A stretch of 64,000 bases of DNA from Dictyostelium discoideum (Eukaryota), in assembly GCA_000004695.1 (NCBI GenBank), contig CM000154.2, positions 160,001 through 224,000 on the forward strand. Reading direction: 5' to 3'. The position numbers were made by a program, and so were the translations under genes. Every line of letters begins with the position of its first letter. Within the stretch, counting starts at the first letter, position 1. Shown here one piece after another: positions 43,057-56,481 of this stretch. The notes under the pieces were generated by a model that was not told the DNA's origin, made no database searches, and saw nothing but the letters and a program-made list of their open reading frames with translations.

Positions 43057-44022
43057 TTTTTTTAATTAATATTTTACATTTATTTATTTAATTTTATTAT
43101 CATTATTATTATTATTATTTTTTTTTTTTTTTGATAATTTAATAAAAAATTATTTTTAAAAAAAAAAAAAAAAAAAGCAAAATAAAACAAAAATAATTAA
43201 CGATTTTACAAAAAAATGTTTAATATGGGGGTAATTTGTAACAAACGATTATAAAAAAAAAAAAAAATATTAACAGTAAAAGTATGTGTTTTGACAATTT
43301 TTTTTTTTTTATCTTATTTCGTGGTAAATTAATTGGTTATTATAAAAAAATAGAAAATAAAAAATATTTTATATTTATTATTGTTTATTTTAGTTTTTAT
43401 TGATTGTGAATATTTAGGCTTTATTTTTATTTTACCTTTTTATCTATTAATTTTAAAATTAAATAAATTATTAAATTGTAAAAAATATTGCAGGATCTTT
43501 TTTTTTTCTAAAAAAAAAAAAAAAAATGAAAAAAAAAAAAAAAAATTGAAAAAAAAAAAAAAAAAAATATATCCCTATTCCTATTCCCAAAAATATAAAT
43601 TAATAAAAATAAAAGATAATTAAATATTTTATTTTATTCAAGAAGATTCTTTTAAAAATCTTTTTTTTTTTATGTATTGGATAATAAGGGGGTTGTTTAT
43701 AAATTTATATATATTTAGATTTTTTTTTTTTTTTGGAACACCAACCCCCATTATGAGAATTAAAATTTGTGGAAAACTATTAATAAAATGAATAATATTT
43801 TTTTAATTTTTTGTTTTTTGTTAAATTTTTTTTTTTTTAAATGGTATGAACATTCCATACAAAAAAAAAAAAAAGATATTTTTTTTTTTTTTTATTTTTA
43901 AAGTGGTTTGATGGGTTAAATTTAAATTTTTTTATTTTTTTTTTTTTATTATTTTTTTATTTTTTTTTTATTTTGTGTGGAATAAAAAAAAAAAAAAAAA
44001 AAAAAAAAATTATTCAAAAATA

Positions 44023-45085
44023 ATGAAATCAAATAAAACCATTTTTTTAATTTTATTATTTTTAATAAATTTTAATTCAATTTATTCATTCAATTTTAAA
44101 AAAGAAATTAAAATATCAAATGATAAAATAAATTTACCAACTTATAACCCATGGATATTTCAAGATAGATTTAATTTATATTCAATTTTAATCAATTCAA
44201 CCAATATTCCAGTATTTGGCGAAGATAATTCAAATAATTGTTTACATGGTCTTCAATTACAATTTGAATGGCAAAATAGATCAGGAAGATTAGAAATCAA
44301 TCAAGGACATGTAAACACAAAATCTTGGTGGGGTATTTTTTTATTTTTTCAATTTTTTTTATTTTTAAATAATTATAATAAATAAATTAAAATAATTAAT
44401 AATTATAATTATAGGTGATATGAATTATTATTTATCAATTATTCCATATTTATCAGCTATGAAAATGGGGTTAGTACCAGTTGTTGAAATTGTAAGTATT
44501 AATGATCAAAGATTTTGTTCGACCTATGAAGATTGTGATCAAGAAGTATTGAATAATTGGGATAATTTCTTTCAACAAATTATCAATATTAGAAACAATG
44601 GTAGCGAAGGTGATGATCAACAACTTTTGAAATTTATGTGGACAGCTCATATTGGTAGTATTGATAAGGCAACAAAATTATTTACAGATTCATTATTATT
44701 ATTACCAAAAAATGAATTAAGATTTGGAAATGGTTGGGCACATTTTGTTGATGTTATTGCAACTGTAAACTTTAACACCAACTATTCAACAGTTTATCAT
44801 TTAGGTCAACAATTACCTCCAATCATGTTAAATAGTAATGATACTCATCCATCCTCAATAGAATCATTCACAAAAGAACAAAGAAATGTAGTTTTAACAA
44901 TGTATGAAATTAATGACCTCTCTTCCAATAATTTAGTTTGGAATTCTTTTATGTACCTTTTAAAGAAAATGACAAAAAATGAAATTTGTAGAAATTTAAT
45001 AAATAATGAAATTAATATTTTCTTAAATTCACCTGTTCCAACTATTATTGAAATTTTATTCGATATTTTAACAAATAATTGTTAA
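44023..45085 (+). CDS. Secreted protein of unknown function. join(44023..44332,44415..45085).
   Basis: Signal peptide MKSNKTIFLILLFLINFNSIYS. The donor is G|GTATTT and the acceptor aattatag. There are N-glycosylation sequons and several Cys residues. I recognise no family. Confidence 0.5.
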
Positions 45086-45199
45086 AAAAAAAAAAAAAAT
45101 AACCACAAATATAAAAAATAAAAAAAATTTAATATTTAATAATTTATTAATTTATTTATACAATTATTTTTTTATTTGTTTTTTTTTATTTTTTATTTT

Positions 45200-46158
45200 T
45201 TAAATATAATAATAATAAAATATTGGAATATCACAATAATAAATTGAACAATAAAACTTTGGATCATTAAAAGAAATTAAAGATAAACCATTTGTACAAT
45301 TTGGAGTTTGAATTGGTTCACAACCTAATGCAATTACAATTCCAGTTGGTGGTGAACATTTTGATAATGGATCAATTCTATTTCTTTTTACAATAAAGTA
45401 TGGATTAAAATTTGTGGGTTCTGGAAATTCTGAATAACAAAATTCAACTTTTGAATACATTAATATTATTTTTTGATTATAATAAATTTCATTTAAAGAT
45501 GATGATGATGATGTTAATTTCATAACAAGAATTGAATTATCTAAACCAATATCAGAATTATACCATTGATTATCAAAACCTTCTAATTCTCTATAAGGAC
45601 TATTTAATGATTTGTTATCAATATCATATTTTTTACCATTTTTTAAACTTTTATATAGTTTTTCTTTATCATTGTACTTATAATAATCAATACTAGTATC
45701 ACCATCAAATATTTTTCCTTTTTGATGATTTATTATTGTTGTTTGTATTGGTTGATAAATTCCAATTATATTTATAATACTTTCATTATCATCAATAATG
45801 ATTGCTTCTACAATTGATGAATCTAAATTATCATTTAAAAAATTAAAATCCATTCCTCTTGGTAAATTTATTGATTGATTATTAAACTTATATTCTTTTG
45901 GATTTTCTTGACTAATTGATTTAAATTCATATTTTTCTAAACAATTTTTTATTTTTATTTTATTTTTTTTTATTAATAATAATAATAATTAACATTTTAA
46001 TTTTATAAATATTTTGATGATAATAATAATTTCAATTACCATTAAATTTATAAAAGAAATAACCTTCTATTGTTGAATTATTGACTATATTAAATTTATT
46101 ATTTGCTTTAGCTATTGATAATATAATAAAAAGAAAAATTATAATTTTAAAATTAATC

Positions 46159-46160
<2 letters not shown>
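45200..46160 (-). CDS. Secreted Cys-containing protein of unknown function. complement(join(45200..45936,46040..46160)).
   Basis: Exon 1 reads MINFKIIIFLFIILSIAKA... (signal peptide) and ends G|GTAATT. The acceptor ttgtttag joins in phase to the long ORF. The C-terminus is Cys/Tyr-rich (CSPPTGIVIALGCEPIQTPNCTNG...FYCSIYYCDIPIFYYYYI). Confidence 0.5.
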
Positions 46161-46193
<33 letters not shown>

Positions 46194-46457
46194 CTTCATT
46201 TTATAAAAATATTAATACATTAGTTGACCAATAAAATAAATAAATAAATAAATAAATAAATAAAATTGTTTTGGTTGATCAAAAAAAAAAAAAAATAATA
46301 ATAAATTGTTTACACATACAAAAATTTGCTTTTATTTTTAAAAAAAAAAAAATTTGATTTTTTTGGAATTTTTGTTGATTATTGTTGTGAAAGTGGCCAT
46401 TCTACAAAGATTGGTCGTTAGAAAAATTTCCAAATGATTTTTCATTTTCGAAAAAAA

Positions 46458-46495
<38 letters not shown>

Positions 46496-46704
46496 AGTTA
46501 ATTTTAATTAATTTTTTATTTTTATAATTTTATTTTTTTTTTAATTTTTTATTTTCTCAATTGTAAATTTCAAATTAAAAAAAAAAAAAAAAAACATTGT
46601 TGTTGGTATCCAAATAAACAAAACCAAACAAATAAAAATAATATTAATACAAAAAAAAAAATAATAAAAAAAAATAATAATAATAATAACAATAATAAAA
46701 ATAA

Positions 46705-49270
46705 ATGATTGAAAATAATAAAGAAATTACACTTGATATAATCAAACTATTACCAAAAGCTGAACTTCATAGACATTTAGATGGTTCAATTAGAATTTCA
46801 ACATTATTAGAATTAGCCAAAGAACAAAATGTTGAATTACCAACCTATGATCAAAATGAATTGGCAAAATTAATTCATAAAGATGAGAATTGTAGTGGTT
46901 TAGTAAACTTTTTAGAAGCTTTCCAATATACTTGTTCTGTTTTACAACATGCATATGCTATCACAAGAGTATTTTATGAAATGTGTGAAGATGCTGTTGC
47001 AGATGGAGGTAAATAATTTCTTTAATCTTTTTTTTTTTTTTTTTTCCCACTAAAATTAAAATTTAAATAATATATTTTACCAAAAAAAAAAAAAAAATAA
47101 ATAATAGTTAGCTATTTAGAAATTCGTTTCTCTCCAGTACTTCATACAAGTTTTGGATTAAGTTTATCAGAAGTTATGGAAGCAGTTTGTGATGGTATGG
47201 CCATAGCAGAGTTAAATCTTCCAATAAAAGCTAGAATTATTGTTTGTGGTTTACGTCATTTAGATCCATCAATTTCCAAAGATTTAGCTGAAATCACTTG
47301 GCGTTATAGACATAAAGGTGCAATTGGTATGTATTTTCTTATTATTTAATTTTAATAAAAATAATAAATTCTAATTATTATTTTTTATTTTTTTTTATTT
47401 TTATTTTTATTTTTTTTTATTTTTATTTTTTTTTATTTTTATTTTTATTTTTTTTTTAAAAAATAATTATAAAGCATTTGATTTAGCAGGACCAGAAGAC
47501 GGATTTTCAAGTAAACATCATAAAGAAGCATTTTCAATTATAAGAAATAAAGGTATTAATTGTACATTACATAGTGGTGAAGATTCAAATTGGACAAGTG
47601 TTGCAGATTCAATTCATCATTGTGGAGCACATCGTATTGGTCATGGTATTGCAATTCAACAGAATGAAGAATTATTAAATCATGTTGTTAATAGAAGAAT
47701 TCCAATTGAATGTTGTATTACAAGTAATTATCAAATCAAAGCCATTAGTAATGCTAGTGAACATCCAATTCGTAAATATTTCGATAGTGGTGCTATTGTA
47801 TCAATTTGTTGTGACAATTGTACAATGAGTAATATTACATTATCTGGTGAATATAAATTAGCGATTGATACATTTAATTTTAAAGTTGAGGAAGTGATAC
47901 GTTTAATTGATTATTCATTCGCTTCATCATTTATTGATCCACCATTGAAAATTAATATTCGTAGAGAAAGTTTTAAAAAAGCATTAAAGATATTCCAAAC
48001 CAATGGTTATGACATTAGTGGAGTTATTGAAAATAAATTTTACTATTTCGAAGAGATTGGATTGGATGTAGAATTGGAAATTCAAAATAATCTTGCAAAT
48101 AATTTTTCATTGGGTAAAAATGTAATTAGAAATTATCCACAAATTACATTGGAACTTTTAGAAAATCTTCCAAAATCAGATTTACATTGTAGATTCGATG
48201 GTGGTGTTTCAATTGAACAAATTTGGAATGAAGTTCAATTATTGGGAATTGATAAATGTGAAAAGAGTAAACAGGAATTTTTAAAGAAATTATCATCAAA
48301 ACATTTAGCTTGCTATGCAAACTTTAAAGATTTCAAAGAGTTTAAATCATTAATTCAATCATCATCTCATACACCTCAAACTATTCGTCTCTCAAAAGAA
48401 ATCATTAATTTATTATTACAAACACCTGAACAAATTAATAGAGCATTCGATGATATCATTAAAGTTGCCCTAAAGGACAAAGTTCAATATTTAGAATTAA
48501 TGATTCGTCCAAATTCTCACTCTAGAAACGGGTTAACTAAAGAGCAAGTCTTGGCATTAATCATTGAAAATAAGGACAAATGGGAAAAAAGCTCAAGCAT
48601 TAAAATTGGTTTAGTGGTTTTCTCTTCTTCAACCTCTGATGATCCAATTGAAACTTTAGATTCTGCTAGATTAGCAATTGCAAATAGAAATTCAGGTGTT
48701 ATTGGTTTTGGTATTTTCGGTGCTGATCCAATCTCTCCAACTGAATCTCGTCACTTTTCTCAAACTTTTTCATTATTAAAAGAAAATAATTTCAATTTAG
48801 TACAATTCGCTGGTAAATCCGATGTTGAATCACTCATTAGTACAATTCATTGCTCTGGTTCAACAAGATTATCAGGTGCTTTCCAATCTCATAAAATTCC
48901 ACGTTTAATGTCTTATTTAGGTAATTATTCAATCCCTGTTGAAATTTCATTAACTGAAAAATTAAAATCCTTTACAAGTGACGATCTCTCATTTACAACA
49001 CCCATTAGACATTTACTCGATGGTAAATGTCCAGTTGTAATTTGTTCATTCCGTTCATCTCTTTACCCATATTCACGTAGTAAAATGTACTATAAAATTG
49101 TAAAGAATGCAAAATTAGATTTTAAACAAGTCGTTCGTTTATTAAAAAATCCATTTGCTTATAATTTCCAATCTCATCAACAAAGAATCGAATTGGTTCA
49201 ACAATTTAATAAATTATCAAAAGAATATTTAAATTCTGTTAATATTAATTATTCAAATATTATAATTTAA
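46705..49270 (+). CDS. ada: Adenosine deaminase (ADA family), about 773 aa, consisting of a canonical ADA domain followed by a second, catalytically degenerate ADA-like domain. join(46705..47008,47108..47326,47475..49270).
   Basis: Domain 1: LPKAELHRHLDGS (metal-binding HxH), ...G|VSYLEIRFSPVLH..., AFDLAGPEDG, HSGED (HAGE-type), AHRIGHG, CCITSNYQ, SICCDNC(T)MS (D-D pair region). Domain 2 (about residues 400-773) repeats the layout but with LPKSDLHCRFDGG (HxH lost), FAGKSD (H and E lost) and TRLSGA (H lost), so it cannot bind the catalytic zinc. The introns run from G|GTAAAT to taatag and from G|GTATGT to ttataaag. Confidence 0.75.
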
Positions 49271-49575
49271 ATTGTAATATTACAAATTTAATAAACAAAC
49301 CAATAAACAAACAAAAAATAAATAAATAAATAATAAATAACAAGTTAAGTAATTTAACTTGTTCAATACTCAAGTTGCTTGGGCACACATTAAATTTTTA
49401 ATATTTATTGATTAAGTTTTCAGTTTTCTTTTTACATATTATCTGTCGTATCCACAGGTTAATAAAATAAACAAATTATCTTAATTTTTTTTTTTTTTTT
49501 TTTTTTTTTTTGTTTATTTTATTGGATTAAAAGAGTTGGAAGAAGGAAAATATATATATATTATAGTTATAATTA

Positions 49576-50228
49576 TTATTGGTTTATATTTTTATTATTT
49601 TTAAAAACTTTTATAACATTTGATTCGTCAGTAGTGGTGGAGTTTGTAATTTCAACAGGTTTCCATTTTCTGACAGTAATATTTCCCAAATCACTACTAT
49701 CACTATTACTATTACTATCACTATCACTATCACTATCACTACTATCTTCAGGATCATCACCACCTTGTTTCTCTAAAAGTAATGCCATTGGATTAATTGA
49801 TCTATTGTAGCGATTAAAGGTTTGAGTATTAAATCTATCTAAATCATTATTACTTTGACGATTTACTCTTCCATTAATAAAAGAATGATAATGATAATCT
49901 TGGTCGTTATTATTATTATTTTCATTATTATTTTCAAATTCCAATAATTCAGGTTCATCTTGATCATATATTTTAAACTCTGAAAATTTTGATAAAGTAT
50001 TATGATAAAAATCCATCATAATATCTTTATTCTTTTCAGATTCAATTGTTGATATTTCTTCTTCTTCCTCTTCTTCCTCTTCTTTTACTTCTTCCAACTC
50101 TTTTTTTGTTTTATTTTGTTCATCATTAGGTTCTTGAGCTAACGATATTTCTATTTCTTTATTTAAAAAACAAACTTTCCCTTTGTTATTTTTATTATTA
50201 CTATTATTATTATTATTATTATTATTAC

Positions 50229-50316
<88 letters not shown>

Positions 50317-50661
50317 TAAATTTTTGATATTTAAACTACTGAAACTATTACTACCAAAACTGCTAAAACTATAAGATTTTTCATTAAAGACTTCACTTAT
50401 TGTGGTTGAGGTTGAAATAGTGGTAGTTGATGATTGTGATAATGAAGTTTCTTCATAAAATTCTAAAAATAAATTAAAAGAGTTAGAGGGAAATAATAAT
50501 AAAGTAAGGGATATAAATATATTGATAAATACTTTTTAAAGGCCTATTTAAACTTTTATAAGACTTTTTAAAACGATTTGGTGATATGGTTGCCCTTGAG
50601 GGTGAAAAGGATGATGAAAATATACAAGGTGATGATGATGTAGATGTTGAACCATTATTAC

Positions 50662-50758
<97 letters not shown>

Positions 50759-51201
50759 TTTGAAACTATTATTACATGGCGATTGATTTTGATGAAATGA
50801 ATTTGAAATTTCACTATCAAAATCTGAATCAATTTCTTTATCGTACTGTTCATAATTATTATAAGTAAATTCTTGATCAATATCATCAATACCATCATCA
50901 ATACCATCATCAATTCCATCATCAATTCCATCATCATCATCATCACCATTATTATCAGATAAAGATGAAAAGGGTAATGATGGTATTTGGTTCAAAAATG
51001 GATTATTATAAAAATTATTATTATTATTGTTATTATTGTTATTATTATTATTAAAAATATTATTGGCTTGATTGTTTTTATTTACAAATTCTAAATTGCT
51101 ATTATTTTTTAAATAGTTTTGATCATCCCTTGGTGTTAAATTATTTACTAATGTACAATCGTTATGATCAATTCTATCATTCATATTATTATGATTATTA
51201 A

Positions 51202-51255
<54 letters not shown>

Positions 51256-51557
51256 GAATATGACGATTATTATCATCATTTATGCTATGTTGATTATAGT
51301 TATGGTTATAATTGTGAATATGATGGTGATGGTTATGGTTTTTAATACTGTGGTAATTTTCTTCATTGTAATCAATGTCCTCTTCGTTTTCATCATCTAA
51401 ATAATCAATGAATCTTCTTTTTTTAGGAGTACCAGGGAATGATGATTGTTCAATTAAACTATTACTACTATTACTATTACTATGCACGATACAATTGTGA
51501 ATATTTAATATTTTCGGTACTAGTGGCCGATTATCATCATTTATATTATTATTATTA

Positions 51558-51595
<38 letters not shown>

Positions 51596-51735
51596 GCTTT
51601 CATAATTATTATCACATTCACTATCAATGATATCATCATTGTTATTAAAATTAAATTTATTATTTAAATTACTTATATTACTTAAATTATTATTTGTGCT
51701 ATCATTTTTATCATTATTATTATTATTATTATTAC

Positions 51736-51819
<84 letters not shown>

Positions 51820-51838
51820 TACTATTGTTATCATCATT

Positions 51839-51869
<31 letters not shown>

Positions 51870-51920
51870 CTGTTATTACTATTATTTTTATAATTATTAT
51901 CATTATTATTACTATTATTA

Positions 51921-51978
<58 letters not shown>

Positions 51979-52060
51979 TTATATCATTTGATTTATTACT
52001 ACTAGTTACGCCATTTGACAAAGCATTTTCATAGATTGAACTTTTTGATAGTTCCATCAA
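49576..52060 (-). CDS. Extremely Asn-rich low-complexity protein of about 820 aa, with an acidic C-terminal region. complement(join(49576..50462,50533..52060)).
   Basis: The 525-aa ORF (about 60% N from (AAT)n arrays; a (GIDD)4 repeat; a PKKRRF basic patch) ends in ...LKS|… By codon walking, the downstream frame is continuously open from 50535 to 49576 and contains the 173-aa acidic ORF; it reads ...EFYEETSLSQSSTTTIST...poly-N...KGKVCFLNKEIEISLAQEPNDEQNKTKKELEEVKE9.... A 70-nt intron (A|GTATTTAT ... ttatttttag) joins the two frames. The 'M' of the 173-aa ORF is a TTG. Confidence 0.45.
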
Positions 52061-52383
52061 GGCCTGAAATAAAAGTTTTGTTTCATAACTCTACTATCCA
52101 TAAAATATATATATGTTTATTATTTCAAATTTGAAGTTACTTTTTTCTTTTTTTTTTTTTTTTTTATTTTTTTATATTTTTAATACAAAATTTGTATGCT
52201 TAAATAATTTTTGAAAATAAAAAAAAAAAAAAAAAAAAAAATAAAAAAAAAAAAAAAATAAAATAAAATTAAATAAAAAAAAAATATTAAAAAAAGATTA
52301 ATATATTTGATATATTAATAATATAATTAATTTAAAGTTTGTTTTTAATAATTTTTTTTTTTTTTATATACAAATTTATTTAA

Positions 52384-52434
<51 letters not shown>

Positions 52435-52525
52435 CCATTAAAAAATAATTTTATATAGAAACTAAAAAATCCATATATGAATTTATTAATCAAAATGCGC
52501 TTCATTGATATTTATATACAAAATC

Positions 52526-52577
<52 letters not shown>

Positions 52578-52610
52578 CTAAACTGGAAATTTTTTTTTTT
52601 TTTTTTTGTT

Positions 52611-52966
52611 TTAAAATGCTCGTTTTACCATATCATTTGGAGAACCAGTTTTCAAAGCTTCAATTATTACAGCCATTGGGTCATCAGAGTTACTAATTTT
52701 TAAACCAAAACCTTTTTGAGATAATCTCTTTGAAGGAGATTTTTTGAAAGCAGTAGTAATTGTTGAGAAAAGTGTGAAAAACTTTTCACAAGTGAATTTT
52801 TGTTGATTCCATTCTTGAGAAGTTATAGATAAACTACTTGATAATGGTGGAGTAATTTTATAAGATGATGAAGATGATGAAGAAGAATTTGAAAGATAAT
52901 ATTGTGGATGTAATAATGATTGTAAATTTGATTGTGAATTATTATTATTAATTATATTATTATTAC

Positions 52967-53006
<40 letters not shown>

Positions 53007-56000
53007 AATTGAACCTGTTGTTGTTGTTGTTGTTGTTGTTGTTGTAGTTGTTGTATTTCCACTTATATTATTATTATTATTGTTACTATTATTATTATTG
53101 TTATTATTATTATTATTAATAATATTTTGTTGAAATTGTTGTTGTTGATATTGTTGATATTGTTGTTGTTGATATTGTTGTAAAGTTTGATTAGTTGGAT
53201 TAAAATAATCAATGGTTTCAAATAAATATTTTTCAGTTTCCAAGAATTTCGTTTGTAAATTCTTTAAAATCAATAGAATTGTACCCATAAACTTTGGAAC
53301 GATATCAAGGAAAGGGTCATCTTTATCTGTTGTTTGTTGAATTTCATCAGACATTAAAACGATCTCTGAATAGTCTTGAAGTAATTTAGAGACAGAGGTG
53401 CCAACATCGGTGAAATTGATGAGAGATGCATTTGGAACATGAGCCAACTCCAAATGGATACTAGTATTACTATTACCTTTCATTGGAGATTGTTGATATA
53501 ATGTTTTTATAGCGAAATCCAATAAAGAACCACTATTGCTATTATCTTTAATTTCAATCATTTTACTTAGTGACTCTAAATTGAAACCATCGGATTGACC
53601 ACGATAAAGATGACCACCATTTAAGTAATTACCCAATTGAAGTAGGAGAGAGAATAAACAATTGATGGTGATACTTGTACGTAGCTCTTTACAAGCCAAC
53701 AGTACGGTATCAATTGATTCTATGATTGATTTAAGACTATCCTCGATCTTTAACATAAATTCCCAACATCTTAAACGATGTTTAATCATTGGGAACCCAT
53801 CAATCATTAAACACCATCTCTCTGGTTTATCGAGTATCACCTCATTGGAATGTAACTCGTGTATTGAAGCCAACTCTTCAGATGTTGGGAAATTTGATAT
53901 TATACTTGACACACCATCCAATGAAAGTTTATTCGAATCTAAATTTCTAATTGCTCTAATTAAAATATCATCAGATGGTAATTTACCACACATTACAATG
54001 ATTGCATTTGATCTCTTTTGTGATAAAACACTAATAACTTTTTGAATTGGTTTCGATTTAATTGGTCCACCACCTGAAATTGATGTTCCACTACCAACTG
54101 GTGACCCACTAAAGGATACAATTCTCTCTGTATATAATGAAAATAAATCTACAAATAATTCTTCTTCAAATGTAACTTCTGGTAAATATGAATTCCAAAT
54201 TGTTTTTTTACCTTCACTAAAAATAAAAAAATAAAAAAAATAAATTAAAAATAAATTAATATATATATACTATTTTTTTTCAAATTTAATTAAAAAAAAA
54301 AACACAACTTACAATTGTGAATTTAAAATTCTAGTCCAATGTAATGGTTTCATTCTTTTTGAAGGAGTAATTGGTGATTTTGTTGGTTGTAATTTATATT
54401 TAATTGGTTCTTCATGATTACTACTTGCACCATTTAATGATATTTCATGAATTTCATCTTCATTTGATTTTTCACTTTTAACAATTGGTGATAAATCTTT
54501 AATTGTACAATTATTATTATTATTATTATTATTACTTTTAATTATATTATTATTTGTATTATTATTATTATTGTTATTATTATTTAAAGTATTTGAAATT
54601 GTAATTGGTGATAATAAACAAGATAAATTTGGTTTTGGCGTTGATTGTTTATTTGATTGCTGTTGTTGTTGTTGTTGTTCTTTTTCTTTTTCTTTTTCTT
54701 TTTCTTTTTCTTTTTCTTTTTCTTTTTCTTTTTCTTTTTGTAATTGTAATGGTGGAGTTTGTTGAGATTGTTGTGGTGGATGATTTGGTGTTGTTGAAGG
54801 TACAATTAAAGTTGTTGGTTGTGATATATGAATTGGTGTTGAAGAAGTTGAAATACTAGTACAACTATTTGTATCATTATTTCCATCATAAGTATCTTCC
54901 AAAGTTGAAGAATCGAAAAGATCCGAAGTATTAGGAGATCTAACATACATTGATTTTCTAAATGCATTGGTAAATTTATCATTTCTTTTTAAGAATTGAA
55001 GATTTGTTGGAGAATCACCAATCATTTCTAATTTTCTTTGAGAATATTCATCGTAACGTTCGGTGGGTGCTCTATAGTTTATGTAGGAACCATTTTCAAT
55101 GGCTGATTTAATTGCATTTCTTAGGAATTTCAATTCACTAGTTAATAGAGAGATTAGTGGTTGTTGTTCACGGAATTGGTGCAATTGAAATTCCAATTCT
55201 TGAGTTGACAATTGACGAGTCAAAGTTCTCTTCCTACCAGAACCATCGATACCAAAACCAGAGTTTGCTTGGAAACGTGCTATCTGAGTACGAAAATCCG
55301 AATGAGTTACATGTTCTTGTGATTTCAATATCTTTATAATACCCAATTGTTGCCAACGTGATAGTAGTTTCTCTGATTTTCTTGGATTTGGTGCATTATC
55401 CAATAGACAATTGAATAGGGTCAATGTATTCAATTGGGTTTCCATATCACCCGAGGAGAGTAATGTAATTAGGTTACTATAGGCTGGTGTGGAGGTTTCT
55501 TGTGCATGATTTTTGGCTGAACGATGAACCAATTGAAATCCATCGAAATTGCAAACACAAAACAATAGCTCTATAGCTTGTCTGCATACACTTGGCAATA
55601 CCCCCACCGAACAAACCAATGAATATAGCTTATCTATTAGCTGTGGTCGACTCATTACCTCTTCCAATCCACTATTATATCCCATAAAACATCGTAGTGC
55701 TGTCAATGCATACGATTGTGTATTGCCTCTACTCTTTATAATCACTGCCAATAATTGATTGATTCCTCCCTTTATTATAAATTCTTCAACATATTCTACG
55801 TCTTTCATTTGATAACGAATATTGAATATCGTATCTTTGATGTGTGGTGAAGTTGGTTCAATCTTTGTCAATTGATCCACCACCCTATCTGCTATTGCAT
55901 GTGGTTTCATACGTAGTATGAAATAACTTTTCTCTGCTTCAACTAATCTCTCTGGTGTTAGAAATGAATCTTCAACATATGCCAATGTAAATGGATTCTG

Positions 56001-56183
56001 TAATGCATAACTTGAAACTTTATCAACTGGTATCTTAAAATGTGTTAACAATACCTTTATATGATCTTTAACCGCTGTCTCTCCATCAAATATATGTGAT
56101 ACTGATGGATTTTGTTGTGGTTGTTGTGGTGTTGATGATGTTCTATGTTCATTTCCATTTATTAATTCAACTCTAATTTTCAT
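52611..56183 (-). CDS. forC: Formin lacking an FH1 domain (N-terminal GBD/FH3 armadillo region + C-terminal FH2); consistent with Dictyostelium ForC. complement(join(52611..54216,54313..56183)), 1158 aa.
   Basis: Exon 1 has a ubiquitin-like/GBD-FH3 region (…LTALRCFMGYNSGLEEV…, ARM-like) and ends ...KRMKPLHWTRILNSQ-TT|GTAAGT. Exon 2 (acceptor tatttttag) continues F-EGKKTIWNSYLPEVTFEEELFVDLF... and the FH2 core ...ELRTSITINCLFSLLLQLGNYLNGGHLYRGQSDGFNLESLSKMIEIKDNSNSGSLLDFAIKTL (GN.mN...G.A.GF.L..L.KL). The segment between FH3 and FH2 has no poly-Pro; it carries (KE)11 from (GAAAAA)n plus Q7 instead. The spliced length is exactly 1158 codons. My recollection that ForC is an FH1-less formin of about this size supports the symbol but is not verified here. 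Confidence 0.7.
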
Positions 56184-56372
56184 TTTTTTTTTTTTTTTTT
56201 TCCAATTTACTTTTTTTTTTCCTATTTCTAAATATAAAAAAAATAATAATTTATATAATCAAAAATTAATATATAAAAAATACATAAAATAAAAATAAAA
56301 ATAATTTATTACCTTTTTTTTTTATTTTTTTTTTTTAATAAATTATAAAGATAAACAAAAAAAATAAATTAA

Positions 56373-56407
<35 letters not shown>

Positions 56408-56441
56408 ATGAATAATAATTCAATTAAAAATTATTGGCTCT

Positions 56442-56481
<40 letters not shown>

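Noticed and set aside
50183-52005. Several plus-strand ORFs encoding poly-L, poly-I, poly-Y or poly-H (50183..50374, 50586..50786, 51164..51400, 51439..51630, 51627..51893, 51694..52005) and minus-strand 50548..50949 and 51682..51903
   Set aside because: They are all frame or strand variants of the (AAT)n/(ATT)n arrays of the Asn-rich gene. Only the Asn frame on the minus strand is continuous with flanking complex sequence.
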